The position numbers and the translations under genes were made by a program. A stretch of DNA of 64,000 nt from Eledone cirrhosa (Eukaryota), in assembly GCA_964016885.1 (NCBI GenBank), contig OZ024744.1, positions 98,270,001 to 98,334,000 of the forward strand, written 5' to 3'. Positions 1 to 15,000 of this stretch are shown one piece after another. Below the pieces are notes generated by a model. That model was not told the origin of the DNA and did not search any database. It worked only from the letters and a program-made list of their open reading frames with translations. Position 1 is the stretch's first letter, and each line of letters starts with the position of its first letter.

Positions 1-3000
1 CGTGGGCTGGGTGCTTTTTGTTGTGACACCTACATAACCACTTTACAGTGTGGGCTGCGTGCTTTTTGCCATGTCTTTTATATGTCCACTTTACAGTGTG
101 GGCTGAGTGCTTTTTGTCATGTCTTTTATATGTCCACTTTACAGTTTGGGTTGTTGCTTTTTGCCTTGTCTTTTACACGTCCACTTTACAGTGTGGGCTG
201 GGTGCTTTTTGCCTTGTCTTTTATACGTCCACTTTACAGTGTGGGCTGGGTGCTTTTTGTTGTGTCTTTTACACATCCACTTTACAGTGTGGGCTGCGTC
301 CTTTTTGCCATGTCTTTTACATGTCCACTTTACAGTGTGCGCAGGGTGCTTTTTGGCGTGTCTTTTACACATCAACTTTACAGTGTGCGCTGGGTGCTTT
401 TTGTCGTGTCTTTTACATGTCCACTTTACAATGTGGGCTGGGTGCTTTTTGTCGTGTCTTTTACATGTCCACTTTACAGCATGGCTGGGTGCTTTTGTCA
501 TGTCTTTTATATGTCCACTTTACAGTGTGGGCTGGGTGCTTTTGTCATGTCTTTTATATGTCCACTTTACAGTGTGGGCTGGGTGCTTTTGTCATGTCTT
601 TTACATGTCAACTTTACAGTGTGGGCTGGGTGCTTTTGTCATGTCTTTTACATGTCCACTTTACAGTGTGGGCTGGGTGCTTTTGTCATGTCTTTTATAT
701 GTCCACTTTACAGTGTGGGCTGGGTGCTTTTTGTCGTGTCTTTTATATGTCCACTTTACAGCGTAGCTGGGTGCTTTTGTCATGTCTTTTATATGTCCAC
801 TTTCAGTGTGGGCTGGGTGCTTTTGTCATGTCTTTTACATGTCAACTTTACAGTGTGGGCTGGGTGCTTTTGTCATGTCTTTTACATATCCACTTTACAG
901 TGTGGGCTGGGTGCTTTTGTCAAGTCTTTTACATGTCCACTTTACAGCGTGGCTGGGTGCTTTTGTCGTGTCTTTTACATGTCCACTTTACAGTGTGGGC
1001 TGTGTGCTTTTTGCCTTGTCTTTTACATGTCCACTTTACAGTGTGGGCTGTGTACTTTTTGCCTTGTCTTTTACATGTCCACTTTACAGTATGGGCTGCG
1101 TGCTTTTTGCCATATCTTCTATATGTCCACTTTACAGTGTGGGCTGTGTGCTTTTTGTCATGTCTTTTACACGTCCACTTTACAGTGTGGGCTGGGTGCT
1201 TTTTGTCATGTCTTTTACACGTCCACTTTATAGTGTGAGCTGGGTGTCTTTTGTCGTGTCTTTTACACATCCACTTTACAGTGTGGGCTGGGTGTTTTTT
1301 GCCGTGTCCTTTACACGTCCACTTTACAGTGTGGGCTGGGTGCTTTTTGCCGTGTCTTTTATATGTCCCTTTACAGTGTGGGCTGAGTGCTTTTTGCCAT
1401 GTCTTTTATATGTCCACTTTACAGTTTGGGCTTGTTGCTTTTTGCCTTGTCTTTTACACGTCCACTTTACAGTGTGGGCTGGGTGCTTTTTGTTGTGTCT
1501 TTTACACATCAACTTTACAGTGTGGGCTGGGTGCTTCTGTCATGTCTTTTACATGTCCACTTTACAGTGTGGGCTGGGTGCTTTTGTCATGTCTTTTACA
1601 TGTCCACTTTACAGTGTGGGCTGGATGCTTTTGTCATGTCTTTTACATGTCCACTTTACAGTGTGGCTGGATGTCTTGTCATGTCTTTTACACATCCACT
1701 TTACAGTGTGGGCTGGGTGCTTTTTGCCTTGTCTTTTACACGTCCACTTTACAGTGTGGGCTGGGTGCTTTTGTCGTGTCTTTTACACATCCACTTTACA
1801 GTGTGGGCTGGGTGCTTTTGTCGTGTCTTTTACACATCCACTTTACAGTGTGGGCTGCGTGCTTTTTGTTGTGTCTTTTACACATCCACTTTACAGTGTG
1901 GGCTGGGTGCTTTTTGCCTTGTCTTTTACACGTCCACTTTACAGTGTGGGCTGGGTGCTTTTTGTTGTGTCTTTTACACATCCACTTTACAGTGTGGGCT
2001 GGGTGCTTTTTGTTGTGTCTTTTACACATCCACTTTACAGTGTGGGCTGGGTGCTTTTTGCCGTGTCTTTTACATGTCCACTTTACAGTGTGGCTGGATG
2101 TCTTGTCATGTCTTTTACACGTCCACTTTACAGTTTGGGCTTGTTGCTTTTTGCCTTGTCTTTTACACGTCCACTTTACAGTGTGGGCTGGGTGCTTTTT
2201 GTTGTGTCTTTTACACATCCACTTTACAGTGTGGGCTGCGTCCTTTTTGCCCTGTCTTTTACATGTCCACTTTACAGTGTGCGCTGGGTGCTTTTTGGCG
2301 TGTTTTTTACAAATCAACTTTACAGTGTGGGCTGGGTGCTTTTTGTCGTGTCTTTTACATGTCCACTTTACAGTGTGGGCTGGGTGCTTTTTGTCGTGTC
2401 TTTTACATGTCCACTTTACAGCATGGCTGGGTGCTTTTGTCATGTCTTTTATATGTCCACTTTACAGTGTGGGCTGGGTGCTTTTGTCATGTCTTTTATA
2501 TGTCAACTTTACAGTGTGGGCTGGGTGCTTTTGTCATGTCTTTTACATGTCCACTTTACAGTGTGGGCTGGGTGCTTTTGTCATGTCTTTTATATGTCCA
2601 CTTTACAGTGTGGGCTGGGTGCTTTTTGTCGTGTCTTTTATATGTCCACTTTACAGCGTAGCTGGGTGCTTTTGTCATGTCTTTTATATGTCCACTTTCA
2701 GTGTGGGCTGGGTGCTTTTGTCATGTCTTTTACATGTCAACTTTACAGTGTGGGCTGGGTGCTTTTGTCATGTCTTTCACATATCCACTTTACAGTGTGG
2801 GCTGGGTGCTTTTGTCAAGTCTTTTACATGTCCACTTTACAGCGTGGCTGGGTGCTTTTGTCGTGTCTTTTACATGTCCACTTTACAGTGTGGGCTGTGT
2901 GCTTTTTGCCTTGTCTTTTACATGTCCACTTTACAGTGTGGGCTGTGTACTTTTTGCCTTGTCTTTTACATGTCCACTTTACAGTATGGGCTGCGTGCTT

Positions 3001-6000
3001 TTTGCCATATCTTCTATATGTCCACTTTACAGTGTGGGCTGTGTGCTTTTTGTCATGTCTTTTACACGTCCACTTTACAGTGTGGGCTGGGTGCTTTTTG
3101 TCATGTCTTTTACACGTCCACTTTACAGTGTGAGCTGGGTGTCTTTTGTCGTGTCTTTTACACATCCACTTTACAGTGTGGGCTGGGTGTTTCTTGCCGT
3201 GTCCTTTACACGTCCACTTCACAGTGTGGGCTGAGTGCTTTTTGCCATATCTTCTATATGTCCACTTTACAGTGTGGGCTGTGTGCTTTTTGTCATGTCT
3301 TTTACACGTCCACTTTACAGTGTGGGCTGGGTGCTTTTTGTCATGTCTTTTACACGTCCACTTTACAGTGTGGGCTGAGTGCTTTTTGTCGTGTCTTTTA
3401 CATGTCCACTTTACAGTGTGGGCTCTGTGCTTTTTGTCATGTCTTTTACACGTTCCACTTTACAGTGTGGGCTGGGTGTTTTTCGTCGTGTCTTTTACAT
3501 GTCCACTTTACAGTGTGTCTGGGTGTTTTTTGTCGTGTCTTTTGTATGTCCACTTTACAGTGTGGGCTGGGTGTTTTTCGTCGTGTCTTTTACATGTCCA
3601 CTTTACAGTGTGGGCTGGGTGTTTTTTGTCGTGTCCTTTACATGTCCACTTTACAGTGTGGGCTGGGTGTTTTTTGTCGCGTCTTTTACACGTCCACTTT
3701 ACAGTGTGGGCTGGGTGCTTTTTGTTGTGTCTTTTACACATCAACTTTACAGTGTGGGCTGGGTGCTTTTGTCATGTCTTTTACATGTCCACTTTACAGT
3801 GTGGGCTGGGTGCTTTTGTCATGTCTTTTACATGTCCACTTTACAGTGTGGGCTGGATGCTTTTGTCATGTCTTTTACATGTCCACTTTACAGTGTGGCT
3901 GGATGTCTTGTCATGTCTTTTACACATCCACTTTACAGTGTGGGCTGGGTGCTTTTTGCCTTGTCTTTTACACGTCCACTTTACAGTGTGGGCTGGGTGC
4001 TTTTGTCGTGTCTTTTACACATCCACTTTACAGTGTGGGCTGGGTGCTTTTGTCGTGTCTTTTACACATCCACTTTACAGTGTCGGCTGGGTGCTTTTGT
4101 CGTGTCTTTTACACATCCACTTTACAGTGTGGGCTGGGTGCTTTTTGTTGTGTCTTTTACACATCCACTTTACAGTGTGGGCTGGGTGCTTTTTGCCTTG
4201 TCTTTTACACGTCCACTTTACAGTGTGGGCTGGGTGCTTTTTGTTGTGTCTTTTACACATCCACTTTACAGTGTGGGCTGGGTGCTTTTTGTTGTGTCTT
4301 TTACACATCCACTTTACAGTGTGGGCTGGGTGCTTTTTGCCGTGTCTTTTACATGTCCACTTTACAGTGTGGCTGGATGTCTTGTCATGTCTTTTACACG
4401 TCCACTTTACAGTTTGGGCTTGTTGCTTTTTGCCTTGTCTTTTACACGTCCACTTTACAGTGTGGGCTGGGTGCTTTTTGTTGTGTCTTTTACATGTCCA
4501 CTTTACAGTGTGCGCTGGGTGATTTTTGGCGTGTTTTTTACAAATCAACTTTACAGTGTGGGCTGGGTGCTTTTTGTCGTGTCTTTTACATGTCCACTTT
4601 ACAGTGTGGGCTGGGTGCTTTTTGTCGTGTCTTTTACATGTCCACTTTACAGCATGGCTGGGTGCTTTTGTCATGTCTTTTATATGTCCACTTTACAGTG
4701 TGGGCTGGGTGCTTTTGTCATGTCTTTTATATGTCAACTTTACAGTGTGGGCTGGGTGCTTTTGTCATGTCTTTTACATGTCCACTTTACAGTGTGGGCT
4801 GGGTGCTTTTGTCATGTCTTTTACATGTCCACTTTACAGTGTGGGCTGGGTGCTTTTTGTGTGTCTTTTATATGTCCACTTTACAGCGTAGCTGGGTGCT
4901 TTTGTCATGTCTTTTATATGTCCACTTTACAGTGTGGGCTGGGTGCTTTTGCAAGTCTTTTACATGTCCACTTAACAGCGTGGCTGGGTGCTTTTGTCGT
5001 GTCTTTTACACGTCAACTTTACAGTGTGGGCTGTGTGCTTTTTGCCTTGTCTTTTACATGTCCACTTTACAGTATGGGCTGCGTGCTTTTTGCCATATCT
5101 TTTATATGTCCACTTTACAGTGTGGGCTGTGTGCTTTTTGTCGTGTCTTTTACACGTCCACTTTACAGTGTGGGCTGGCTTTTTTTCCAGGTCTTTTATA
5201 TGTCCACTTTACAGTGTGGCTGGGTGCTTTTTGCTGTGTCTTTTACATGTCCACTTTACAGTGTGGGCTGGGTGCTTTTTGCCAGGTCTTTTATATGTCA
5301 ACTTTACAGTGTGGGCTGGGTGCTTTTGTCATGTCTTTTACACATCCACTTTACAGTGTGGGCTGCGTGCTTTTGTCATGTCTTTTACATGTCCACTTTA
5401 CAGTGTGGGCTGGGTGCTTTTGTCATGTCTTTTACACGTCCACTTTACAGTGTGGGCTGGGTGCTTTTTGTTGTGTCTTTTACACATCCACTTTACAGTG
5501 TGGGCTGGGTGCTTTTTGCCATGTCTTTTATATGTCCACTTTACAGCGTAGCTGGGTGCTTTTGTCATGTCTTTTATATGTCCACTTTACAGTGTGGGCT
5601 GTGTGCTTTTTGCCTTGTCTTTTACATGTCCACTTTACAGTGTGGGCTGTGTGCTTTTTGCCTTGTCTTTTACATGTCCACTTTACAGTATGGGCTGCGT
5701 GCTTTTTGCCATATCTTTTATATGTCCACTTTACAGTGTGGGCTGCGTGCTTTTTGTCGTGTCTTTTACACGTCCACTTTACAGTGTGGGCTGGGTGCTT
5801 TTTACCAGGTCTTTTATATGTCCACTTTACAGTGTGGGCTATGTGCTTTTTGTCATGTCTTTTACACGTTCCACCTTACAGTGTGGGCTGGGTGTTTTTC
5901 GTCGTGTCTTTTACATGTCCACTTTACAGTGTGGCTGGTTGCTTTTGTCATGTCTTTTACATGTCCACTTTACAGTGTGGGCTGGGTGCTTTTTGCCATG

Positions 6001-9000
6001 TCTTTTATATGTCCCCTTTACAGTGTGGGCTGGGTGCTTTTGTCATGTCTTTTATATGTCCACTTTACAGTGTGTCTGGGTGCTTTTGTCATGTCTTTTA
6101 TATGTCCACTTTACAGTGTGGGCTGGGTGCTTTTGTCATGTCTTTTACATGTCCACTTTACAGTGTGGGCTGAGTGCTTTTTGTCGTGTCTTTTACATGT
6201 CCACTTTACAGTTTGGGCTCTGTGCTTTTTGTCATGTCTTTTACACGTTCCACTTTACAGTGTGGGCTGGGTGTTTTTCGTCGTGTCTTTTACATGTCCA
6301 CTTTACAGTGTGTCTGGGTGTTTTTTGTCGTGTCTTTTGTATGTCCACTTTACAGTGTGGGCTGGGTGTTTTTCGTCGTGTCTTTTACATGTCCACTTTA
6401 CAGTGTGGGCTGGGTGTTTTTTGTCGTGTCCTTTACATGTCCACTTTACAGTGTGGGCTGGGTGTTTTTTGTCGCGTCTTTTACACGTCCACTTTACAGT
6501 GTGGGCTGCGTCCTTTTTGCCATGTCTTTTACATGTCCACTTTACAGTATGGGCTGGGTGCTTTTGTCAAGTCTTTTACATGTCCACTTTACAGCGTGGC
6601 TGGGTGCTTTTGTCGTGTCTTTTACACGTCCACTTTACAGTGTGGGCTGTGTCCTTTTTGCCTTGTCTTTTACATGTCCACTTTACAGTATGGGCTGCGT
6701 GCTTTTTGCCATATCTTTTATATGTCCACTTTACAGTGTGGGCTGTGTGCTTTTTGTCGTGTCTTTTACACGTCCACTTTACAGTGTGGGCTGGGTTTTT
6801 TTCCAGGTCTTTTATATGTCCACTTTACAGTGTGGGCTGGGTGTTTTTTGTCGCGTATTTTACACGTCCACTTTACAGTGTGGGCTGGGTGCTTTTTGTC
6901 ATGTCTTTTACACGTCCACTTTACAGTGTGGGCTGGGTGCTTTTGTCATGTCTTTTACATGTCCACTTTACAGTGTGGGCTGGGTGCTTTTGTCATGTCT
7001 TTTACACGTCCACTTTACAGTGTGGGCTGGGTGCTTTTTGTTGTGTCTTTTACACATCCACTTTACAGTGTGGGCTGCGTGCATTTTGCCGTGTCTTTTA
7101 CATGTCCACTTTACAGTGTGGGCTGGGTGCTTTTTGTCATGTCTTTTACACATCCACTTTACAGTTTGGGCTTGTTGCTTTTTGCCTTGTCTTTTACACG
7201 TCCACTTTACAGTGTCGGCTGGGTGCTTTTTGTTGTGTCTTTTACACATCCACTTTACAGTGTGGGCTGCGTCCTTTTTGCCATGTCTTTTACATGTCCA
7301 CTTTACAGCGTGGCTGGGTGCTTTTTGCCGTGTCTTTTACATGTCCACTTTACAGTGTGGGCTGGGTGCTTTTTGTTGTGTCTTTTACACATCCACTTTA
7401 CAGTGTGGGCTGCGTCCTTTTTGCCATGTCTTTTCCATGTCCACTTTACAGTGTGCGCTGGGTGCTTTTTGGCGTGTCTTTTACACATCAACTTTACAAT
7501 GTGGGCTGGGTGCTTTTTGTTGTGTCTTTTACATGTCCACTTTACAGCATGGCTGGGTGCTTTTGTCATGTCTTTTATATGTCCACTTTACAGTGTGGGC
7601 TGGGTGCTTTTGTCATGTCTTTTATATGTCCACTTTACAGTGTGGGCTGGGTGCTTTTGTCATGTCTTTTACATGTCAACTTTACAGTGTGGGCTGGGTG
7701 CTTTTGTCATGTCTTTTACATGTCCACTTTACAGTGTGGGCTGTGTGCTTTTGTCATGTCTTTTATATGTCCACTTTACAGTGTGGGCTGGGTGCTTTTT
7801 GTCGTGTCTTTTATATGTCCACTTTACAGCGTAGCTGGGTGCTTTTGTCATGTCTTTTATATGTCCACTTTACAGTGTGGGCTGGATGCTTTTGTCAAGT
7901 CTTTTACATGTCCACTTTACAGCGTGGCTGGGTGCTTTTGACGTGTCTTTTACACGTCCACTTTACAGTGTGGGCTGTGTGCTTTTTGCCTTGTCTTTTA
8001 CATGTCCACTTTACAGTGTGGGCTGGGTGCTTTTTGCCTTGTCTTTTACATGTCCACTTTACAGTATGGGCTGCGTGCTTTTTGCCAAATCTTTTATATG
8101 TCCACTTTATAGTGTGGGCTGTGTGCTTTTTGTCGTGTCTTTTACACGTCCACTTTACAGTGTAGGCTGGGTGCTTTTTACCAGGTCTTTTATATGTCCA
8201 CTTTACAGTGTGGGCTATGTGCTTTTTATCATGTCTTTTACACGTTCCACTTTACAGTGTGGGCTGGGTGTTTTTCGTCGTGTCTTTTACATGTCCACTT
8301 TACAGTGTAGCTGGATGCTTTTGTCATGTCTTTTACACGTCCACTTTACAGTGCGGGCTGGGTGCTTTTTGCCATGTCTTTTATATGTCCACTTTACAGT
8401 GTGGGCTCTGTGCTTTTTGTCATGTCTTTTACACGTTCCACTTTACAGTGTGGGCTGGGTGTTTTTCGTTGTGTCTTTTACATGTCCACTTTACAGTGTG
8501 TCTGAGTGTTTTTTGTCGTGTCTTTTGTATGTCCACTCTACAGTGTGGGCTGGGTGTTTTTCGTCGTGTCTTTTACATGTCCACTTTACAGTGTGTCTGG
8601 GTGTTTTTCGTCGTGTCTTTTACATGTCCACTTTACAGTGTGGGCTGGGTGTTTTTTGTCGCATCTTTTACACGTCCACTTTACAGTGTGGGCTGGGTGC
8701 TTTTTGTCATGTCTTTTACACGTCCACTTTACAGTGTGAGCTGGGTGTCTTTTGTCGTGTCTTTTACACATCCACTTTACAGTGTGGGCTGGGTGTTTTT
8801 TGCCGTGTCCTTTACACGTCCACTTTACAGTGTGGGCTGGGTGCTTTTTGCCGTGTCTTTTACACGTCCACTTTACAGTGTGGGCTGGGTGCTTTTTGCC
8901 GTGTCTTTTACAAGTCCACTTTACAGTGTGGGCTGGGTGCTTTTTGTCATGTCTTTTACACATCCAGTGTGGGCTGCGTGCTTTTTGTCATGTCTTTTAC

Positions 9001-12000
9001 ACGTCCACTTTACAGTGTGGGCTGGGTGCTTTTTGCCGTGTCTTTTACAAGTCCACTTTACAGTGTGGGCTGGGTGCTTTTTGTCATGTCTTTTACACAT
9101 CCAGTGTGGGCTGCGTGCTTTTTGCCGTGTCTTTTACACGTCCACTTTACAGTGTGGGCTGGGTGCTTTTTGCTGTGTCTTTTACACATCCACTTTACAG
9201 TGTGGGCTGCGTGCTTTTTGCCATGTCTTTTATATGTCCCTTTACAGTGTGGCCTGAGTGCTTTTTGCCATGTCTTTTATATGTCCACTTTACAGTGTGG
9301 GCTGGGTGCTTTTTGTCATGTCTTTTACATGTCCACTTTACAGTTTGGGCTTGTTGCTTTTTGCCTTGTCTTTTACATGTCCACTTTACAGTTTGAGCTT
9401 GTTGCTTTTTGCCTTGTCTTTTACACGTCCACTTTACAGTTTGGGCTTGTTGCTTTTTGCCTTGTCTTTTACACGTCCACTTTACAGTGTCGGCTGGGTG
9501 CTTTTTGTTGTGTCTTTTACACATTCACTTTACAGTGTGGGCTGCGTCCTTTTTGCCATGTCTTTTACATGTCCACTTTACAGTGTGCGCTGGGTGCTTT
9601 TTGGCGTGTCTTTTACACATCAACTTTACAGTGTGGGCTGGGTGCTTTTTGTCGTGTCTTTTACATGTCCACTTTACAGTGTGGGCTGGGTGTTTTTTGT
9701 TGTGTCTTTTACATGTCCACTTTACAGTGTGTCTGGGTGTTTTTTGTCGTGTCTTTTGTATTTCCACTTTACAGTGTGGGCTGGGTGTTTTTTGTCGCGT
9801 CTTTTACACGTCCACTTTACAGTGTGGGCTGGGTGTTTTTTGTCATGTCTTTTACACATCCACTTTACAGTGTGGGCTGGGTGTTTTTTGTCGCGTCTTT
9901 TACACGTCCACTTTACAGTGTGGGCTGGGTGCTTTTTGTCGTGTCTTTTACACGTCCACTTTACAGTGTGGGCTGGGTGCTTTTTGTCATGTCTTTTACA
10001 CGTCCACTTTACAGTGTGAGCTGGGTGTCTTTTGTCGTGTCTTTTACATATCCACTTTACAGTGTGGGCTGGGTGTTTTTTGCCGTGTCCTTTACACGTC
10101 CACTTTACAGTGTGGGCTGGGTGCTTTTTGCCTTGTCTTTTACATGTCCACTTTACAGTATGGGCTGCGTGCTTTTTGCCATATCTTTTATATGTCCACT
10201 TTACAGTGTGGGCTGTGTGCTTTTTGTCGTGTCTTTTACACGTCCACTTTACAGTGTGGGCTGGGTGCTTTTTGTCATGTCTTTTACACGTCCACTTTAC
10301 AGTGTGAGCTGGGTGTCTTTTGTCGTGTCTTTTACATATCCACTTTACAGTGTGGGCTGGGTGTTTTTTGCCGTGTCCTTTACACGTCCACTTTACAGTG
10401 TGGGCTGGGTGCTTTTTGCCGTGTCTTTTACACGTCCACTTTACAGTGTGGGCTGGGTGCTTTTTGTCATGTCTTTTACACATCCAGTGTGGGCTGCGTG
10501 CTTTTTGTCATGTCTTTTACACGTCCACTTTATAGTGTGGGCTGGGTTTTTTTCCAGGTCTTTTATATGTCCACTTTACAGTGTGGCTGGGTGCTTTTTG
10601 CCAGGTCTTTTATATGTCAACTTTACAGTGTGGTTTGGGTGCTTTTGTCATGTCTTTTACATGTCCACTTTACAGTGTGGGCTGGGTGCTTTTGTCATGT
10701 CTTTTACACGTCCACTTTACAGTGTGGGCTGTGTACTTTTTGTCGTGTCTTTTACATGTCCACTTTACAGTGTGGGCTGGGTGCTTTTTGCCATGTCTTT
10801 TATATGTCCACTTTACAGTGTGGGCTGGGTGCTTTTTGTCATGTCTTTTACATGTCCACTTTACAGTGTGGGCTGGGTGCTTTTTGCCTTGTCTTTTACA
10901 CATCCACTTTACAGTGTGAGCTGGGTGTCTTTTGTCGTGTCTTTTACACGTCCACTTTACAGTGTGGGCTTGTTGCTTTACAGTGTGCGCTGGGTGCTTT
11001 TTGTTGTGTCTTTTACACATCCACTTTACAGTGTGGGCTGCATCCTTTTTGCCATGTCTTTTACATGTCCACTTTACAGTGTGCGCTGGGTGCTTTTTGT
11101 TGTGTCTTTTACACATACACTTTACAGCATGGGCTGGGTGCTTTTTGGCGTGTCTTTTACACATCAACTTTACAGTGTGGGCTGCGTCCTTTTTGCCCTG
11201 TCTTTTACATGTCCACTTTACAGTGTGGGCTGGGTGTCTTTTGTCGTGTCTTTTACATGTCCACTTTACAGCATGGCTGGGTGCTTTTGTCATGTCTTTT
11301 ATATGTCCCTTTACAGTGTGGGCTGAGTGCTTTTTGCCATGTCTTTTATATGTCCCTTTACAGTGTGGGCTGAGTGCTTTTTGCCATGTCTTTTATATGT
11401 CCCCTTTACAGTGTGGGCTGAGTGCTTTTTGTCGTGTCTTTTACATGTCCACTTTACAGTGTGGGCTCTGTGCTTTTTGTCATGTCTTTTACACGTTCCA
11501 CTTTACAGTGTGGGCTGGGTGTTTTTCGTCGTGTCTTTTACATGTCCACTTTACAGTGTGTCTGGGTGTTTTTTGTCGTGTCTTTTGTATGTCCACTTTA
11601 CAGTGTGGGCTGGGTGTTTTTCGTCGTGTCTTTTACATGTCCACTTTACAGTGTGGGCTGGGTGTTTTTTGTCGTGTCCTTTACATGTCCACTTTACAGT
11701 GTGGGCTGGGTGTTTTTTGTCGCGTCTTTTACACGTCCACTTTACAGTGTGGGCTGCGTCCTTTTTGCCATGTCTTTTACATGTCCACTTTACAGTATGG
11801 GCTGGGTGCTTTTGTCAAGTCTTTTACATGTCCACTTTACAGCGTGGCTGGGTGCTTTTGTCGTGTCTTTTACACGTCCACTTTACAGTGTGGGCTGTGT
11901 CCTTTTTGCCTTGTCTTTTACATGTCCACTTTACAGTATGGGCTGCGTGCTTTTTGCCATATCTTTTATATGTCCACTTTACAGTGTGGGCTGTGTGCTT

Positions 12001-15000
12001 TTTGTCGTGTCTTTTACACGTCCACTTTACAGTGTGGGCTGGGTTTTTTTCCAGGTCTTTTATATGTCCACTTTACAGTGTGGGCTGGGTGTTTTTTGTC
12101 GCGTATTTTACACGTCCACTTTACAGTGTGGGCTGGGTGCTTTTTGTCATGTCTTTTACACGTCCACTTTACAGTGTGGGCTGGGTGCTTTTGTCATGTC
12201 TTTTACATGTCCACTTTACAGTGTGGGCTGGGTGCTTTTGTCATGTCTTTTACACGTCCACTTTACAGTGTGGGCTGGGTGCTTTTTGTTGTGTCTTTTA
12301 CACATCCACTTTACAGTGTGGGCTGCGTGCATTTTGCCGTGTCTTTTACATGTCCACTTTACAGTGTGGGCTGGGTGCTTTTTGTCATGTTTTTTACACA
12401 TCCACTTTACAGTTTGGGCTTGTTGCTTTTTGCCTTGTCTTTTACACGTCCACTTTACAGTGTCGGCTGGGTGCTTTTTGTTGTGTCTTTTACACATCCA
12501 CTTTACAGTGTGGGCTGCGTCCTTTTTGCCATGTCTTTTACATGTCCACTTTACAGCGTGGCTGGGTGCTTTTTGCCGTGTCTTTTACATGTCCACTTTA
12601 CAGTGTGGGCTGGGTGCTTTTTGTTGTGTCTTTTACACATCCACTTTACAGTGTGGGCTGCGTCCTTTTTGCCATGTCTTTTCCATGTCCACTTTACAGT
12701 GTGCGCTGGGTGCTTTTTGGCGTGTCTTTTACACATCAACTTTACAATGTGGGCTGGGTGCTTTTTGTTGTGTCTTTTACATGTCCACTTTACAGCATGG
12801 CTGGGTGCTTTTGTCATGTCTTTTATATGTCCACTTTACAGTGTGGGCTGGGTGCTTTTGTCATGTCTTTTATATGTCCACTTTACAGTGTGGGCTGGGT
12901 GCTTTTGTCATGTCTTTTACATGTCAACTTTACAGTGTGGGCTGGGTGCTTTTGTCATGTCTTTTACATGTCCACTTTACAGTGTGGGCTGTGTGCTTTT
13001 GTCATGTCTTTTATATGTCCACTTTACAGTGTGGGCTGGGTGCTTTTTGTCGTGTCTTTTATATGTCCACTTTACAGCGTAGCTGGGTGCTTTTGTCATG
13101 TCTTTTATATGTCCACTTTACAGTGTGGGCTGGATGCTTTTGTCAAGTCTTTTACATGTCCACTTTACAGCGTGGCTGGGTGCTTTTGACGTGTCTTTTA
13201 CACGTCCACTTTACAGTGTGGGCTGTGTGCTTTTTGCCTTGTCTTTTACATGTCCACTTTACAGTGTGGGCTGGGTGCTTTTTGCCTTGTCTTTTACATG
13301 TCCACTTTACAGTATGGGCTGCGTGCTTTTTGCCAAATCTTTTATATGTCCACTTTATAGTGTGGGCTGTGTGCTTTTTGTCGTGTCTTTTACACGTCCA
13401 CTTTACAGTGTAGGCTGGGTGCTTTTTACCAGGTCTTTTATATGTCCACTTTACAGTGTGGGCTATGTGCTTTTTATCATGTCTTTTACACGTTCCACTT
13501 TACAGTGTGGGCTGGGTGTTTTTCGTCGTGTCTTTTACATGTCCACTTTACAGTGTGGCTCGATGCTTTTGTCATGTCTTTTACACGTCCACTTTACAGT
13601 GCGGGCTGGGTGCTTTTTGCCATGTCTTTTATATGTCCACTTTACAGTGTGGGCTCTGTGCTTTTTGTCATGTCTTTTACACGTTCCACTTTACAGTGTG
13701 GGCTGGGTGTTTTTCGTTGTGTCTTTTACATGTCCACTTTACAGTGTGTCTGAGTGTTTTTTGTCGTGTCTTTTGTATGTCCACTCTACAGTGTGGGCTG
13801 GGTGTTTTTCGTCGTGTCTTTTACATGTCCACTTTACAGTGTGTCTGGGTGTTTTTCGTCGTGTCTTTTACATGTCCACTTTACAGTGTGGGCTGGGTGT
13901 TTTTTGTCGCATCTTTTACACGTCCACTTTACAGTGTGGGCTGGGTGCTTTTTGTCATGTCTTTTACACGTCCACTTTAAAGTGTGAGCTGGGTGTCTTT
14001 TGTCGTGTCTTTTACACATCCACTTTACAGTGTGGGCTGGGTGTTTTTTGCCGTGTCCTTTACACGTCCACTTTACAGTGTGGGCTGGGTGCTTTTTGCC
14101 GTGTCTTTTACACGTCCACTTTACAGTGTGGGCTGGGTGCTTTTTGCCGTGTCTTTTACAAGTCCACTTTACAGTGTGGGCTGGGTGCTTTTTGTCATGT
14201 CTTTTACACATCCAGTGTGGGCTGCGTGCTTTTTGTCATGTCTTTTACACGTCCACTTTACAGTGTGGGCTGGGTGCTTTTTGCCGTGTCTTTTACAAGT
14301 CCACTTTACAGTGTGGGCTGGGTGCTTTTTGTCATGTCTTTTACACATCCAGTGTGGGCTGCGTGCTTTTTGCCGTGTCTTTTACACGTCCACTTTACAG
14401 TGTGGGCTGGGTGCTTTTTGCCGTGTCTTTTACACATCCACTTTACAGTGTGGGCTGCGTGCTTTTTGCCATGTCTTTTATATGTCCCTTTACAGTGTGG
14501 CCTGAGTGCTTTTTGCCATGTCTTTTATATGTCCACTTTACAGTGTGGGCTGGGTGCTTTTTGTCATGTCTTTTACATGTCCACTTTACAGTTTGGGCTT
14601 GTTGCTTTTTGCCTTGTCTTTTACATGTCCACTTTACAGTTTGAGCTTGTTGCTTTTTGCCTTGTCTTTTACACGTCCACTTTACAGTTTGGGCTTGTTG
14701 CTTTTTGCCTTGTCTTTTACACGTCCACTTTACAGTGTCGGCTGGGTGCTTTTTGTTGTGTCTTTTACACATTCACTTTACAGTGTGGGCTGCGTCCTTT
14801 TTGCCATGTCTTTTACATGTCCACTTTACAGTGTGCGCTGGGTGCTTTTTGGCGTGTCTTTTACACATCAACTTTACAGTGTGGGCTGGGTGCTTTTTGT
14901 CGTGTCTTTTACATGTCCACTTTACAGTGTGGGCTGGGTGCTTTTTGCCTTGTCTTTTACACATCCACTTTACAGTGTGAGCTGGGTGTCTTTTGTCGTG

